A DNA stretch of 64,000 bases from an uncultured Candidatus Rokubacteria bacterium (lineage in GTDB: Bacteria; Methylomirabilota; Methylomirabilia; Rokubacteriales; CSP1-6), in assembly GCA_963789955.1 (NCBI GenBank), contig CAWBMV010000034.1:576001-640000 (forward strand), read 5' to 3'. The notes under the pieces are model-generated. The model was not told the DNA's origin. It did not search any database and saw only the letters and a program-made list of their open reading frames with translations. Made by a program: the position numbers and the translations under genes. Each line of letters begins with the position of its first letter. Position 1 is the first letter of the stretch. Positions 29,889-41,296 of this stretch are shown one piece after another.

Positions 29889-31207
29889 CGTCCGGCGGGG
29901 CGCGCCCCGTGCTCTTCGCAAGCGAGTACTATCCACCCTTCGCCCCAGGGGGCGCGGAGTGGACGAACGCCGAGTGGGCGAAGGCGCTGGCGCGCCGCGG
30001 CCAGCCGGTCGTCGTCGTGACGCCCAACTACGGCGCGTCGCGCCGCGAGACCTCGGCGGGTGTGGAGGTCGTGCGCGTGCCGTTCCCGCGCCTGCCGTTT
30101 CTGATGAAGCGCCGGTCGGGGCAGCTGGAGGTGCCGGCGCTCGTGCACCGGAACCCGCTCTGGAACCTCTACTTTGCGGCATGCGTCGTCCTGATCGCGT
30201 ATCGCCGGAGCGCTCGCGCGATTCACGCCCAGGGCAAGGGCGCGCTCGTCGCCTCTCGGCGCGCGGCGCGGGCGCTGGGGCTGCCGGTCCTCGCGACGAT
30301 CCGCGATCTCGGCCTGATCTGCCCCCTCGGCTTCTGCACGCTCTTCGAGCCGTGGGAGACGTTCGATTGCTCGTTCCGTCAGTACACGACCAAGTGCGTC
30401 ACTTTCAGCCTCGCGCACTATCATCGGCCGGCCGGCCTCGTCCGCCGCGCCTGGCTCTGGGTCTCGGTCCGGCTGGCCTGGCTCGGGCACTTGATGCGGC
30501 AGCGGGCGCTGCGCCGCGTCGACGCCGTCGTCGGCGTGAGCCGCGGCATTCTCGCGGTGTATCCCTCGCGCATCGTTCCGGCAGGTCGACGGCACGTGGT
30601 CTACCCGCTCCCGCCCTCCAGCGCGGTCCCGACCGACGACGACGCCACGCGGATTCGCGGCGCGCTCGGTATTGGCGGCGGCCCGCTGGTGCTCTACGTG
30701 GGCAAGCGCTCGCTCGGCAAGGGAACACCGGTGCTTCTGCAGGCCCTCGACGCGGTCCGCGTGGCCGTCCCCGGCGTGCGATTCGCGTTCGCGGGAAAGG
30801 GCGAGACCGAGCTGCCCTCCCGCGATGACGTCCACGCCCTGGGCGTGCTCGACCACGCGCAGCTGTTCCCCCTGTATCGCGCCGCCGACGTCGTCGTCGC
30901 CCCGTCGATTTGGCCCGAGCCGATGAGTCGCGTTCTGGTGGAGGCGATGCACTTCGGCCGCCCGGTGGTCGCCACGTTCACGGGCGGCTCGCCCGAGGCC
31001 GTCGAGGACGGCGCCACCGGGCTGCTCGTTCGGAAGAACGATGCCGGGGTGCTGGCCGACGCGATCATTGCGCTCCTGCGCGATCCCGCGCGCCGCGAGC
31101 GCATGGGCGCGGCGGCGCGGGCGCGGCTGGCGGCGGTGTTCAGCGAGGACAAGATCGTCGCGTCGCTCCTCGATGCGTACGCGGCGGCCGGTCGGAGGTC
31201 CGCGTGA
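29885..31207 (+). CDS. Glycosyltransferase family 4
   Basis: EYYPPFAPGGAE, PSIWPEPMSRVLVEAM, GGSPE. Confidence 0.88.
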   Translation: MTSGGARPVLFASEYYPPFAPGGAEWTNAEWAKALARRGQPVVVVTPNYGASRRETSAGVEVVRVPFPRLPFLMKRRSGQLEVPALVHRNPLWNLYFAACVVLIAYRRSARAIHAQGKGALVASRRAARALGLPVLATIRDLGLICPLGFCTLFEPWETFDCSFRQYTTKCVTFSLAHYHRPAGLVRRAWLWVSVRLAWLGHLMRQRALRRVDAVVGVSRGILAVYPSRIVPAGRRHVVYPLPPSSAVPTDDDATRIRGALGIGGGPLVLYVGKRSLGKGTPVLLQALDAVRVAVPGVRFAFAGKGETELPSRDDVHALGVLDHAQLFPLYRAADVVVAPSIWPEPMSRVLVEAMHFGRPVVATFTGGSPEAVEDGATGLLVRKNDAGVLADAIIALLRDPARRERMGAAARARLAAVFSEDKIVASLLDAYAAAGRRSA

Positions 31208-31857
31208 TGTCGCGGGTCAAGGGCTACCTCGGAACTTCGTACCGCCGCCGGCTCATCGACGCCGACCTCGAGGCGGTGAAGGGACGCCTCGCCGGCCAGG
31301 TCCTCGACATCGGCGGCGGACGGCGACGCGGCAGCTTTCGGGCTCCGAGCGACGCCCGCTGGGTGGTCGCCGACGTGTCGCACGCCGGAGGCCCTCACGT
31401 GTGCGCCGACGTGCAGGCGCTCCCGTTCCGCGACTCCACGTTCGACGCGATCAAGATCACCGAGGTCCTGGAGCACGTGCCCGATACCGCCGCGGCGCTG
31501 CGCGAGTGCCGTCGCGTGCTGCGTCCGGGCGGCCGCCTGGTGGCGACGGCGCCGTTCCTCGAGCGCTTGCACGGCGATCCCAACGACTACGTCCGCTACA
31601 CCGACGCCATGTGGCGGGTTCTGCTCGCCGAGAGCGGGCTCACTGCCGACTCGGTCACGCCGCAGGGCGGCTACTTCACCCAGCTCGCCGGCATGCTCAG
31701 GTTCCTCGTCCAGCACGCGCCGATCGGTCTTCGTCACGTGGGCTATGTGCTCTTCCCGCTGCTCGATCTCCTGACGCGGATCGACCGGCTGGCGAGCGTG
31801 CGCCACTCGGAGCTCGCGTCGTTCGTGGGCGGCTACCTCATCATGGCCAAGCGCTGA
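31207..31857 (+). CDS. Class I SAM methyltransferase
   Basis: VLDIGGG, LPFRDSTFD, EVLEHVPD, HGDPNDY. Confidence 0.85.
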   Translation: MSRVKGYLGTSYRRRLIDADLEAVKGRLAGQVLDIGGGRRRGSFRAPSDARWVVADVSHAGGPHVCADVQALPFRDSTFDAIKITEVLEHVPDTAAALRECRRVLRPGGRLVATAPFLERLHGDPNDYVRYTDAMWRVLLAESGLTADSVTPQGGYFTQLAGMLRFLVQHAPIGLRHVGYVLFPLLDLLTRIDRLASVRHSELASFVGGYLIMAKR

Positions 31858-31860
31858 CCG

Positions 31861-33009
31861 ATGCGCATCTGCACCCCACACTGCGGGGTCGCTCCCGAGA
31901 CGACCTCGGGCGGAGAGACCTACGAGCGGGAGATCTTGACGCGGCTCGGACGCGCGGGCGTCTCGATCGACATCATCCTGGCGCGCGGCAAGCCTCATCC
32001 CGAAGGCATCCCGAACTGGACCGTTCACCGCTTCGGCATCGGCCGCGGCCTGCGCTGGTACGTGGCGCCGTTCGTGGTGCCGCCGGCGATCCGGCGCGTG
32101 AAGGAGCGCGTCGGCTTCGACCTGCTGCGCGTCCACTCGCTCCGGTACATCGGACCGGGCGCGCTGCTGGCGCGGCGCCGGTTTCGCCTCGACGTGCCCG
32201 TGGTGGCGCACCATCACCATCTCGACCCGAGCCCGCTCAATCCTCTGATCGAGAAGCGCGTGATCGACGCGGTGGACACGGTCGTCGTCGGCAGCGAGTT
32301 TTCGCGCCGGCAGCTTCGAGAGGCACTCGGCGCGCGGACCGACCACGTCGCGGTCGTGCCGTACGGCGTCGACCCGAGGTTCGCGCCGCGACCGTCGCGG
32401 TTGGATCTCGTCGAGCGCTGGGGGCTGCGCGGGCGCCAGGTCGTCCTGTTCTTCGGCGGGCTCAAGCCGCGCAAGAATCTCGAGACCTTGCTCGACGTGT
32501 GGACCGCCGTGGCCCCGGCGCACCGGAACGCGCGGCTCCTGGTGGCCGGCGGCGGCGTGCTGCTCGACGAGCTCCGGCGTCGCACCGAAAGGCTCGAGCT
32601 CGCGGGATCGGTCGTGTTCACGGGCTACGTGCCCGAGGCGGACAAGGCGGACTACTTCAATCTGGCCGACGTGTTCTTCTTCCCGTCGGCGATGGAAGGC
32701 TTCGGACTGGCCGTCGGTGAGGCGATGTCCTCCGGTCTTCCCGTCGTCGCGTCGAACCGCGGCTCGATTCCGGAGCTGGTCGTCGACGGCGAGGGGGGCT
32801 TCGTCTCCGATCCGACCGACCCGGCACGCTTCGCCGAACGGCTGCGCCTGTTGCTCGACGACGCGGCCCTCCGGCGCAAGCTCGGCCAGGCCAACGCGGC
32901 CCGCATCGAGGAGCGCTTCCGGTGGGATCGCTGCGTGGACGGCACGCGCCGCGTCTACGAAGCCACGCTCGAGGCATGGCGCCGGCGCGCCGCCGGGTCG
33001 CGCCGATGA
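31861..33009 (+). CDS. Glycosyltransferase family 4
   Basis: LKPRKN, EGFGLAVGEAM, GSIPE. Confidence 0.9.
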   Translation: MRICTPHCGVAPETTSGGETYEREILTRLGRAGVSIDIILARGKPHPEGIPNWTVHRFGIGRGLRWYVAPFVVPPAIRRVKERVGFDLLRVHSLRYIGPGALLARRRFRLDVPVVAHHHHLDPSPLNPLIEKRVIDAVDTVVVGSEFSRRQLREALGARTDHVAVVPYGVDPRFAPRPSRLDLVERWGLRGRQVVLFFGGLKPRKNLETLLDVWTAVAPAHRNARLLVAGGGVLLDELRRRTERLELAGSVVFTGYVPEADKADYFNLADVFFFPSAMEGFGLAVGEAMSSGLPVVASNRGSIPELVVDGEGGFVSDPTDPARFAERLRLLLDDAALRRKLGQANAARIEERFRWDRCVDGTRRVYEATLEAWRRRAAGSRR

Positions 33010-33797
33010 CACCCGTTGGGCGCCTCGTCGTGCGCGCGATCGACGTCGTGAACCGGCGCGGCAAGGCCGTCGGCGTGCGGCTCGTCAAGCTCACCGGCAA
33101 GCGCGGCTACGCGATCCATCCCAAGCACCTCGTCGATCATCCGTGGCACGACTGGTACCTGCCGCACCTCCGCGGCGGCGATCGCGTGCTCGACGTGGGC
33201 TGCGGCAATGGCGCACACCTCGTGCGGGCCGCGCGCCACTGCCGGACGATCGTCGGCATGGACTACGACGCAAGGCATCTTGCCGTGGGCGCGCGGATGG
33301 CGCGAGATGCCGGAGTCGCCAACGCGTCGCTCTTCGCCCAGGACATCACCGCGCCGTTGCCCTTCGCGGCACGAACCTTCGACGCCGTGCTGTTCCTCGA
33401 TGTCATCGAGCACATTCATCCCCGCGTCGCCGTGCTGCGCGAGATCTCTCGCGTGCTCCGGGAGGACGGCCGGCTGCTCGTGTCGGCGCCCAATCGCGAC
33501 ACGCGCTGGCGCCGTACGCTCCGCAACGCCGGCCTCTTCGCCTACTCCGATCCCGACCACAAGATCGAGTACACGCGCGAGGAGTTCATCGCCGAGCTCC
33601 GAGCGGGCGGCTTCGAGGTCGAGGGCGAGCTCGAGCCCGTCGTGCACGACACGCCCTGGGCCGGCGCGATCGACGCGCTCGGAGGGGTGTCGCTCGCCGC
33701 CTACGATCGGTTGAGCCGCTGGCGACGGGCGGCGGCGCTCCGGCACCCCGACGACAGCACGGGATTCCGGGTACGGGCCGTCAAGCGCCGGCGATGA
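33006..33797 (+). CDS. Class I SAM methyltransferase
   Basis: VLDVGCGNG, LPFAARTFD, DVIEHI. Confidence 0.88.
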   Translation: MTPVGRLVVRAIDVVNRRGKAVGVRLVKLTGKRGYAIHPKHLVDHPWHDWYLPHLRGGDRVLDVGCGNGAHLVRAARHCRTIVGMDYDARHLAVGARMARDAGVANASLFAQDITAPLPFAARTFDAVLFLDVIEHIHPRVAVLREISRVLREDGRLLVSAPNRDTRWRRTLRNAGLFAYSDPDHKIEYTREEFIAELRAGGFEVEGELEPVVHDTPWAGAIDALGGVSLAAYDRLSRWRRAAALRHPDDSTGFRVRAVKRRR

Positions 33798-34906
33798 TCC
33801 TCGGGCTCCTGCCGGCGATCCGCGGTGGGATCGGCGAGCTCGCGCAGACCGGACAGCATTCGCGACTCATCGACGGCTATCTGACCCCCTACGCGCGCGC
33901 CTTCGGCGACGTGCGCTACTTCAGCTATCACGACGAGTCGCTGGCGTCGTTCTCCGACGATCCCGAGCTGCTCGCGCGAATCCGTGTGTTTCCCGGGGGG
34001 CCGGGGCACCCGTGGCGCTATGCGTTCGCGATGCCGTGGCGCCACCGCGCGGCGATGCGCGAGTGCTCGGTGCTCCGCGTCTTCCAGGTCACCGGCGTGA
34101 TTCCGGCGCTCATCGCGCGGCGCCGTTGGGAGACTCCTTTTGTGACGACGTACGGGTTCCACTACGAGCGTCTGGCCCGCTCGCGATCGAGCGCGCTGCT
34201 ACGCAGGATCGTGGCCCGTCTCGGAGTGCGCGCAGCATCCGCCGTGATCGTCCCGACCGCCGAGCTGCGCGACGTCGTGGCCGCACTGGGTGGCGCCGCC
34301 AAGGTGCACCTGGTGCCGAACGGCGTCGATACCCGGCGCTTCAATCCCGGCGCCGGCCGGGCCAACACGCGGCCAACCGTGCTCTACGTCGGGCGGCTTT
34401 CGGCGGAGAAGGACCTCGGCACGTTGCTGGAAGCGACCGGAAAGCTGATGGCGCGATTCGATCTCGCGGTCGCCATGGTCGGCGAGGGGCCGGAGCGTGC
34501 TTCGCTCGAGGTGAGAGCCAAGGCGCTGGGTGTGCCGCTCACGTTCATGCCTTTCGTGGATCATCGCGAGCTGCCGCGTCTCTACGCGAGCGCGCGGGTG
34601 TTCGTGCTCCCGTCGCTGACGGAAGGCCATCCCAAGGTGCTGCTCGAAGCGATGAGCTGCGGCGTGCCGTGCATCGCTTCGAATGTCGGGGGCAACCGTG
34701 CGATTCTCGTCGATGGTGAGACCGGGCTCCTGTTCGAGCCGGGCGACGTCGGCGGGCTCGCGGCCGGCCTCGAGCAGGCGCTGGCCCAGCCCGACCTGGC
34801 GCGCCGGCTGAGCGCGGCGGCGCGCGAGGCGGTCGTCGAGCGTTACGATCTCGCGCGGCTGGTGACCGGCGAGATCGAGCTACTTCGGCGCGTGGCGCGA
34901 CCGTGA
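33794..34906 (+). CDS. Glycosyltransferase family 4
   Basis: VPNGVD, VGRLSAEKD, EGHPKVLLEAM. Confidence 0.9.
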   Translation: MILGLLPAIRGGIGELAQTGQHSRLIDGYLTPYARAFGDVRYFSYHDESLASFSDDPELLARIRVFPGGPGHPWRYAFAMPWRHRAAMRECSVLRVFQVTGVIPALIARRRWETPFVTTYGFHYERLARSRSSALLRRIVARLGVRAASAVIVPTAELRDVVAALGGAAKVHLVPNGVDTRRFNPGAGRANTRPTVLYVGRLSAEKDLGTLLEATGKLMARFDLAVAMVGEGPERASLEVRAKALGVPLTFMPFVDHRELPRLYASARVFVLPSLTEGHPKVLLEAMSCGVPCIASNVGGNRAILVDGETGLLFEPGDVGGLAAGLEQALAQPDLARRLSAAAREAVVERYDLARLVTGEIELLRRVARP

Positions 34907-34922
34907 AGGAGCGCTGACCCCG

Positions 34923-35750
34923 GTGCTGACCGAGTACAGGCCGTCGGCCGGGCGCGAGTTCTGGTCCGAGCACTGGGGACATCACCCTGTCGAGGAGCTG
35001 CTGGCGATCGCCCGTCGCTCGCCGTTGACGACGCTCATCACGCGGGCGCTGCCGAAGGGCGGGGTGATCCTCGAGGCCGGCTGCGGAACCGGCCAGTACG
35101 TCTTGCTCCTGCGCGAACGGGGCTGGCGAGTCGCCGGCGCCGACTGGGTCGTCGAGCCGCTGGTCGCCTGTCGTCGCGTGGCTCCGGCCCCGCTGGCGGC
35201 GATGAAGCTCGAGGAGCTTGCGGTGCGCGACGGGGCCCTGGCCGGTTACATCTCGCTCGGCGCAGTCGAGCACGACGAGCGAGGCCCCGACGCGATCCTG
35301 GCCGAAGCGCGGCGCGCGCTCGCGCCCGGAGGGACACTCGTCCTCTCGGTGCCGTACGTGAACGGCGTCCGGCGCCTGGCTTCGCCCTGGCTCCGACGGC
35401 GGAACCGCGCCGTCAAGGATCACGGTGGAAAGTTCTATCAGTTCGTGTTCACGCGAAGCGAGCTCTGGGCTGCGCTGGCCCGTCACGGCTTCAGCCCGAC
35501 GTCGTCAGCCCCTTACGACCCCGCGCGACTCCTGCGCAAGGCGATTCCCGGCGGGCTGGCGCGGCGCCTGACAACGGCCCCATCCTCCGGATCGGGGCGG
35601 GCGGGCGGGGGCGCGGAGCGCGCGGAGGCCCGACCGACGAGCGCGCGTCCGCCGGCGCGGGCCGTCGGTTTTGCGCGGCATCTGCTGTACACGGAGCCGG
35701 CGCTTCGGTTGCTCGGCCACATGTTGCTCGTGGTCGCACGGAAAGTGTGA
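34923..35750 (+). CDS. Class I SAM methyltransferase
   Basis: ILEAGCGTG, SLGAVEH, LAPGG. Confidence 0.85.
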   Translation: MLTEYRPSAGREFWSEHWGHHPVEELLAIARRSPLTTLITRALPKGGVILEAGCGTGQYVLLLRERGWRVAGADWVVEPLVACRRVAPAPLAAMKLEELAVRDGALAGYISLGAVEHDERGPDAILAEARRALAPGGTLVLSVPYVNGVRRLASPWLRRRNRAVKDHGGKFYQFVFTRSELWAALARHGFSPTSSAPYDPARLLRKAIPGGLARRLTTAPSSGSGRAGGGAERAEARPTSARPPARAVGFARHLLYTEPALRLLGHMLLVVARKV

Positions 35751-35755
35751 GGTCG

Positions 35756-36712
35756 ATGGCCGGTCTGAAATACAGCATCGAGGACCTCGGCGACCAGCGC
35801 GTCCTCACCATGAACGGCAGAACCTACCCGCCGACCCGATACAGCAAGCGCGTGATCGAGATGCTCATCGAGCGCAAGGGGGATCGGGCACCGCTCTACT
35901 TCCCGTTCAAGGAGCAGCGCGCACCCCTCTACCTCGATCCGCTCTTTCGCTGGCTCGGTGCGCGCGGGGCCCGCGATCTGGCCGTGCTCGAGATTGGGTG
36001 TTCCTTCGGCCACATGACGGAGTACCTCGCCGAGCAACCGGAGGTGGCGACGATCGATACGTTCGACTCGGATCGTGCCTTTATCGAAATCGTCAGCGCC
36101 AAGCGCGAGGAGATGCCGCTCGACAAGGTCCGCGCAGCTCTGTTCCTGTCCAACGACGAGACGCGACGACTCCCGTGGCCCGATCGAGCATTCGACCTCG
36201 TCTTGGCGATCGGCGTCGTCGAGCATCTGCCCTGGCATCGGCGGACCGAGCACGTGAACGAGTACTATCGGGTGCTGGCCCCCGGCGGGCATATCGCCAT
36301 CCTGGACACACCGAACCGATTGTTTCCGATCGAGACGCATTCGATCGGGCTACCGTTGGTGCAGTGGCTGCCGCCTCGCGTGGCACACTGCTACACCCGC
36401 CACTTCTCACGTCGCGCGCAACTCCGAGACATCTCCTACGACGTTTTTGTCGGGGACGGTACGGGTTGGCGCAACGCGACCGTGGCGCAATGTCTGCCCT
36501 CGTCCGGATGGCGCGGCCTCACGGACGTGAGCGAGCAGGCCGGATACGGCTGGCAGTTCTACCGCGACACGGCACGTTCGCGCAAACGCCGCGCGCTCTT
36601 GCCGTGCTTCCGCGCGTGCGCGGCCGTGCTGCGCGGTGTCGGGCTGCCGCCGTCGCTCTGCCTGCCCTATCTGAACCTGCTCCTGCGCAAGGACGCGGTG
36701 CCGAGTCCGTGA
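35756..36712 (+). CDS. Class I SAM methyltransferase
   Basis: VLEIGCSFG, LPWPDRAFDLV, VVEHL, TPNRLFPIETH. Confidence 0.85.
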   Translation: MAGLKYSIEDLGDQRVLTMNGRTYPPTRYSKRVIEMLIERKGDRAPLYFPFKEQRAPLYLDPLFRWLGARGARDLAVLEIGCSFGHMTEYLAEQPEVATIDTFDSDRAFIEIVSAKREEMPLDKVRAALFLSNDETRRLPWPDRAFDLVLAIGVVEHLPWHRRTEHVNEYYRVLAPGGHIAILDTPNRLFPIETHSIGLPLVQWLPPRVAHCYTRHFSRRAQLRDISYDVFVGDGTGWRNATVAQCLPSSGWRGLTDVSEQAGYGWQFYRDTARSRKRRALLPCFRACAAVLRGVGLPPSLCLPYLNLLLRKDAVPSP

Positions 36713-36960
36713 AGCTGATCGAAATCGGCGGGCGCAACGACCTGGTGTACCTGATCCGGTCGCATCCGGCGAAGACGGCGCTCCTCTCGCGCGACTCGCC
36801 AGCGAAGCTCGACCGGCTCAACATATACTGGATTCCGTATTCGCGGCGGCTGATTCCTTCGCCGGCACGACGTTGTCGGGTCGAGCGAATGCTCGGGCGC
36901 CGTCCAATGGTCCGCCATGCCGGCGCCGTTCTGACCACGGAGGCGCGCCGCAGGGAATGA
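36709..36960 (+). pseudogene. Short ORF, probable internally deleted gene remnant
   Basis: 83-aa ORF with GTGA overlap upstream and ATGA overlap downstream, no recognisable complete domain. Confidence 0.4.
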
Positions 36961-37783
36961 AGACGCCGGCGGTGTCCGTGGTGATGGGCGTGTTCAACGG
37001 GGCGCCGTGGGTGGAGGCGGCGGTCGAGTCGGTGTGCTGGGCCAGACGGTCGACGATCTCGAACTGATCGTCATCGACGACGGCTCGACCGATGCGACGC
37101 CCGACGTGCTGACCTCGCTGCGCGATCCGCGGGTTCGCATCGAGCGCCGCGGGCGGCAGGGCCTGACGCGCGCGCTGACCCGGGCGCTGGAGCTGGCCCG
37201 CGCGCCATTGATCGCGCGGCTCGACGCCGACGACCTGGCCTTGCCCGAGCGGCTCGCGCGACAGCGACGATACCTCGATACGCACGCGAAGGTGGGGCTC
37301 CTCGGAACAGGCGCGCGCCTCGTCGACGAGGCCGGCCGCGAAGTGGCGGTCGTGCACCCCCCGCTCGACGACGCCGCGATCCGTCGTGCGCTGATCCGCG
37401 CGAACCCGTTCGTGCACTCCTCGGTGATCATGCGGCGCAGCGCGCTGGATCGGACCGGCGGGTACGATCCGTCCTTTCCGGTCGCGCAGGACTACGATCT
37501 GTGGATGCGGCTGGCGCAGGTGACCTGCCTGGCGAACCTGGACGAGCCCCTGGTGATCCGGCGGCTCGCGGCGGGCCGCATCTCGGCGGTCCGCGACGAC
37601 GATCGGCTCCGGGCGGGAGGCGAGGGTGCGGTGGCGGGCGGTGCGGAGCCGCGCCTATCCGTGGTGGTGCGCCGTCTTTGCCCTCAGGCCCTTCGCGGCC
37701 CTCGCCATCCCGGAGGCCTGGCGGCGAGCGCTTCGTGGCGCAACGCGTATGGGCGGCCCGCCGCGCGGGGTGTAGTACTATGA
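36957..37783 (+). CDS. Glycosyltransferase family 2, frameshifted
   Basis: VSVVMGVFNG, ELIVIDDGSTD, IARLDADD, QDYDLW. Confidence 0.85.
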
Positions 37784-38765
37784 CCACGATGCGAATTCTG
37801 ATCACGGGGATCACGGGTTTCGTGGGAAGCCACCTCGCCGAGTACGCGCTCGAGCGCGGCGCCGAGGTGTTCGGGTCAGTGCGCTGGCGCAGCAAGACCG
37901 AGCTCATCGAAGGGTTTCGCGACCGCGTGACCCTCATCGAGTCGGACCTGCGCGATCTCCTCTCGGTGCGGACGGTCCTCGAGCAGGCGCGGCCCGACTA
38001 CATCATCCACCTGGCGGCGCAGAGCTTCGTCCACGCCTCGTGGCAGACTCCCGTCGAGACGTTCTACACGAGACGTCGTCAGCCAGATGAACCTGCTCGA
38101 GGCGATGCGCCAGCTCGGTCGTCGGCGCGGTTCCTCGTGATCGGCTCGAGCGAGGAGTACGGCGCGGTGTCGAGCCCCACGAGCTGCCGATCACGCGAGG
38201 ACCAACCCGCTCCGGCCCCCTGTCTCGCCCTACGCCGTGAGCAAGGTGGCGCAGGACCTGATGGGCTGGCAGTACTTCAAGAGCTACGGGATGCACGTGG
38301 TCCGGGCGCGCGCCTTCAACCACACCGGGCCCCGGCGCGGCGACGCCTTCGCCGAGTCGAACTTCGCCAAGCAGATCGCCGAGATGGAGGCGGGCCTCCG
38401 CGAGCCGGTCGTGCACGTGGGCGACCTGAAGCCCACGCGCGACTTCTCCGACGTGCGCGACATCGTGCGCGGCTACTGGCTCTTGCTCGAGCGCGGGACG
38501 CCGGGCGAGGTCTACAACCTGTGCTCCGGCCTCGAGTGGTCGATCGAGCGCCTCCTGAATTTCCTGATCGACAAGTCGACCGTGTCGCACCATCGAGATT
38601 CGTCAGGATCCGGCGCGGCTGCGCCCCTCCGACGTACCGGTCCTGCGCGGCTCACGGCAGAAGGTCGAGAACGCGCTCGGCTGGCGCACGACGATCCCGC
38701 TCGAGCAGACGCTCACGGATCTGCTCGAGTACTGGCGTCGCCGGATCGGGTCACGCCCGCGCTAG
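37780..38765 (+). CDS. GDP-mannose 4,6-dehydratase / GDP-6-deoxy-4-ketohexose reductase (Gmd/Rmd family), multiple frameshifts
   Basis: LITGITGFVGSHL, HLAAQSFV, GSSEEYG, SPYAVSK, RAFNHTGPRR, RDFSDVRD. Confidence 0.85.
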
Positions 38766-38776
38766 CGGGAGCAGCC

Positions 38777-39913
38777 TTGGTTCCGGGCGCCCGGGTCGCC
38801 CTCGTCCACGACTGGCTGACCGGGATGCGAGGCGGCGAGCGCTGCCTCGAGGTCTTCTGCGAGCTCTTCCCCGACGCGCCCCTCTTCACGCTCCTGCACG
38901 TCCCGGGCAGCGTCACGCCCACGATCGAGCGCCGGCGCATCGTGACCTCGTTCGTCCAGCGCCTGCCGCAGGCCGCCGCGCGGTATCGCTACTACTTCCC
39001 GGTGTTTCCGCTCGCGATCGGCCGGTTCGATCTGTCCGAGTACGACCTCGTCGTGTCGATGAGCCACTGCGTCGCCAAGGGGGTGCGGGTGTCGCCCCAC
39101 GCGCTGCATCTGTGCTATTGCTTTTCTCCGATGCGCTATGTCTGGGACCTCTCGAGCGACTACTTCGGACCGGGCCGGTCTGGCCGCTCGCACGCTCGGG
39201 CCGCCGCTGGCGGCGGCGCTCAGGCGCTGGGACCGGAAGACGGCCGGCGTGCGACCGATTCGTGGCGATCTCGCGGCACATCGCCGACCGGATCCGGCGC
39301 GTATACGAGCGTCCGGCGGACGTGATCTATCCGCCGGTCGACGTGTCGCGCTTCGAGATCGCGGAGGCCGCCGACGACTACTATCTGGTCGTGAGCGCGC
39401 TCGTGCCGTACAAGCGCATCGACCTCGCGGTCGGCGCGGCCAATCGACTCGGCCGACGCCTGCTCGTCGTCGGCACGGGTCCTGAGGACGCGCGACTGCG
39501 CGCGCTCGCCGGGCCGACGGTCAGCTTTCTCGGGTGGCGATCCGACGCCGAGATCGCTCGGCTCTACGCGCGCTGCCGCGCCCTCATCTTTCCGGCGGTC
39601 GAGGACTTCGGCATCACGCCGCTCGAGGCCGCCGCCGCCGGGCGCCCGACGATCGCCCTGGCGCGCGGCGGCGCGCTCGAGACGATGGTGGGGCTCGACG
39701 CGGCCGAGACGCCCACCGCGGTGTTCTTCGAGGCGCAGACGGTCGACGCGCTGGTCGAGGCGATGGCGCGCTTCGAGCGGACCGCCGCGCGGTTCGACGC
39801 GCAAGGCGCTCCGCGCGCGCGCCGAATCGTTCGACCGGCCGGTCTTCAAGCGGAAGCTCGGCGAGTACATCACGGCGCGCTGGAACGAGCGCGGCGCGAG
39901 GCCGGCGTGCTGA
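38777..39913 (+). CDS. Glycosyltransferase family 4, frameshifted
   Basis: VALVHDWLTGMRGGERCLE, SPMRYVWD, LVPYKRIDL, EDFGITPLEA. Confidence 0.88.
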
Positions 39914-41296
39914 AGGCGCACTCGCGGCTCGTCGAGAACCTGGCACTCGCCGGCGATCTCTTCCTGATCGCCGTGTGCTGGATGTCCGCCTACGCGATCC
40001 GCTTCCACCTGATGCACGTGACGGACGTGCCCCCCTTCCGCGACTACGCGCTCCAGCTGGTCCCGATCATGATCGTGTGGGGCATCGCGTTCCGCACGTT
40101 CGATCTGTATCGGCCCGAATCGTCTCGGCTCCCGCGTCTCGGAGTGGTTCGACGTCGCCAAGGCCTCGACCCTCGGCGCGCTGATTCTCGTCTCGATCAT
40201 GACGTTCGTGTTTCGCGGGTACGAGTACTCGCGACTCGTCATCCTGCTGTTCCTGCTCCAGTCGATCGTCGCGGTCAGCCTCGCCCGCGCGGCGCTACGC
40301 GAAGGGCTGCGGTTCGCCCGCCGTCACGGCTACAACCTTCGCTACGCGATCGTGGTGGGCGGCGGGGAGCCGGCCGCCGAGGTGCTGCGCGTCCTCAACC
40401 GGCGCCGGGACGTCGGCATCTTCGTCCTGGGCCTCCTGAGCGACAAGCGCGAGGTTCCGGAGAACGTGCGGTGGCTCGGCGGCATCGAGGACGTCCGCGC
40501 GGTGCTCGATCGCCAGCAGGTCGACATCGTGTTCATCGCGCTCCCGCACGCCGACGCCTCGCGGCTCACCGCCGTGCTGAGCGGCATCGGCGACGATCCG
40601 ATCGCGATCCACCTGGTGCCGGACGTGTTCAGTCTGGTGCCGGCTCGCGGCGGGGTCGAAGAGTTCGAGATGATCCCGTTCATCCACCTGCGCGAATCGC
40701 GGCTCTACGGCTGGAACCGCGTCCTCAAGCGCGCGTTCGACCTGGTCTTCGGCGCGCTGGCGCTGGCGGTCGCCGCGCCGGTGATGCTGGCGACCGTGGT
40801 GGCGCTCAAGCTCACGTCGCCCGGGCCCGTCCTCTATCGCCAGGAACGCATGGGCGTCGACGGCCGGCGCTTCCGGATGCTGAAGTTTCGCACGATGCGG
40901 ATCGACGCCGAGGCCGAGACCGGACCGGTGTGGACGCGCGCCGACGATCCCCGCCGCACGACGGTCGGCGTGTTCCTGCGACGGACCAGCCTCGACGAGC
41001 TGCCGCAGCTCATCAACGTGCTGCGCGGCGAGATGAGCCTGGTCGGCCCGCGGCCGGAGCGCCCGAGCTTCGTCGAGGAGTTCCGGCGCCGCGTGCCGGG
41101 CTACATGCTCCGCCACAAGGTGAAGGCCGGGATCACCGGCTGGGCGCAGATCAACGGCTGGCGGGGGAACACGTCGATCGAGAAGCGGATCGAGTACGAC
41201 CTCTACTACATCGAGCGCTGGAGTCTCGGCTTCGATCTGAAGATCCTGCTGCAGACCCTCTGGTACGGCTTCCGCATCAACCGCAACGCGCATTGA
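39907..41296 (+). CDS. Undecaprenyl-phosphate sugar-1-phosphate transferase (WcaJ/WbaP type), frameshift near 40120
   Basis: KRAFDL, KFRTM, SLDELPQL, GEMSLVGPRPE, GITGWAQING, DLYYIE. Confidence 0.92.
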
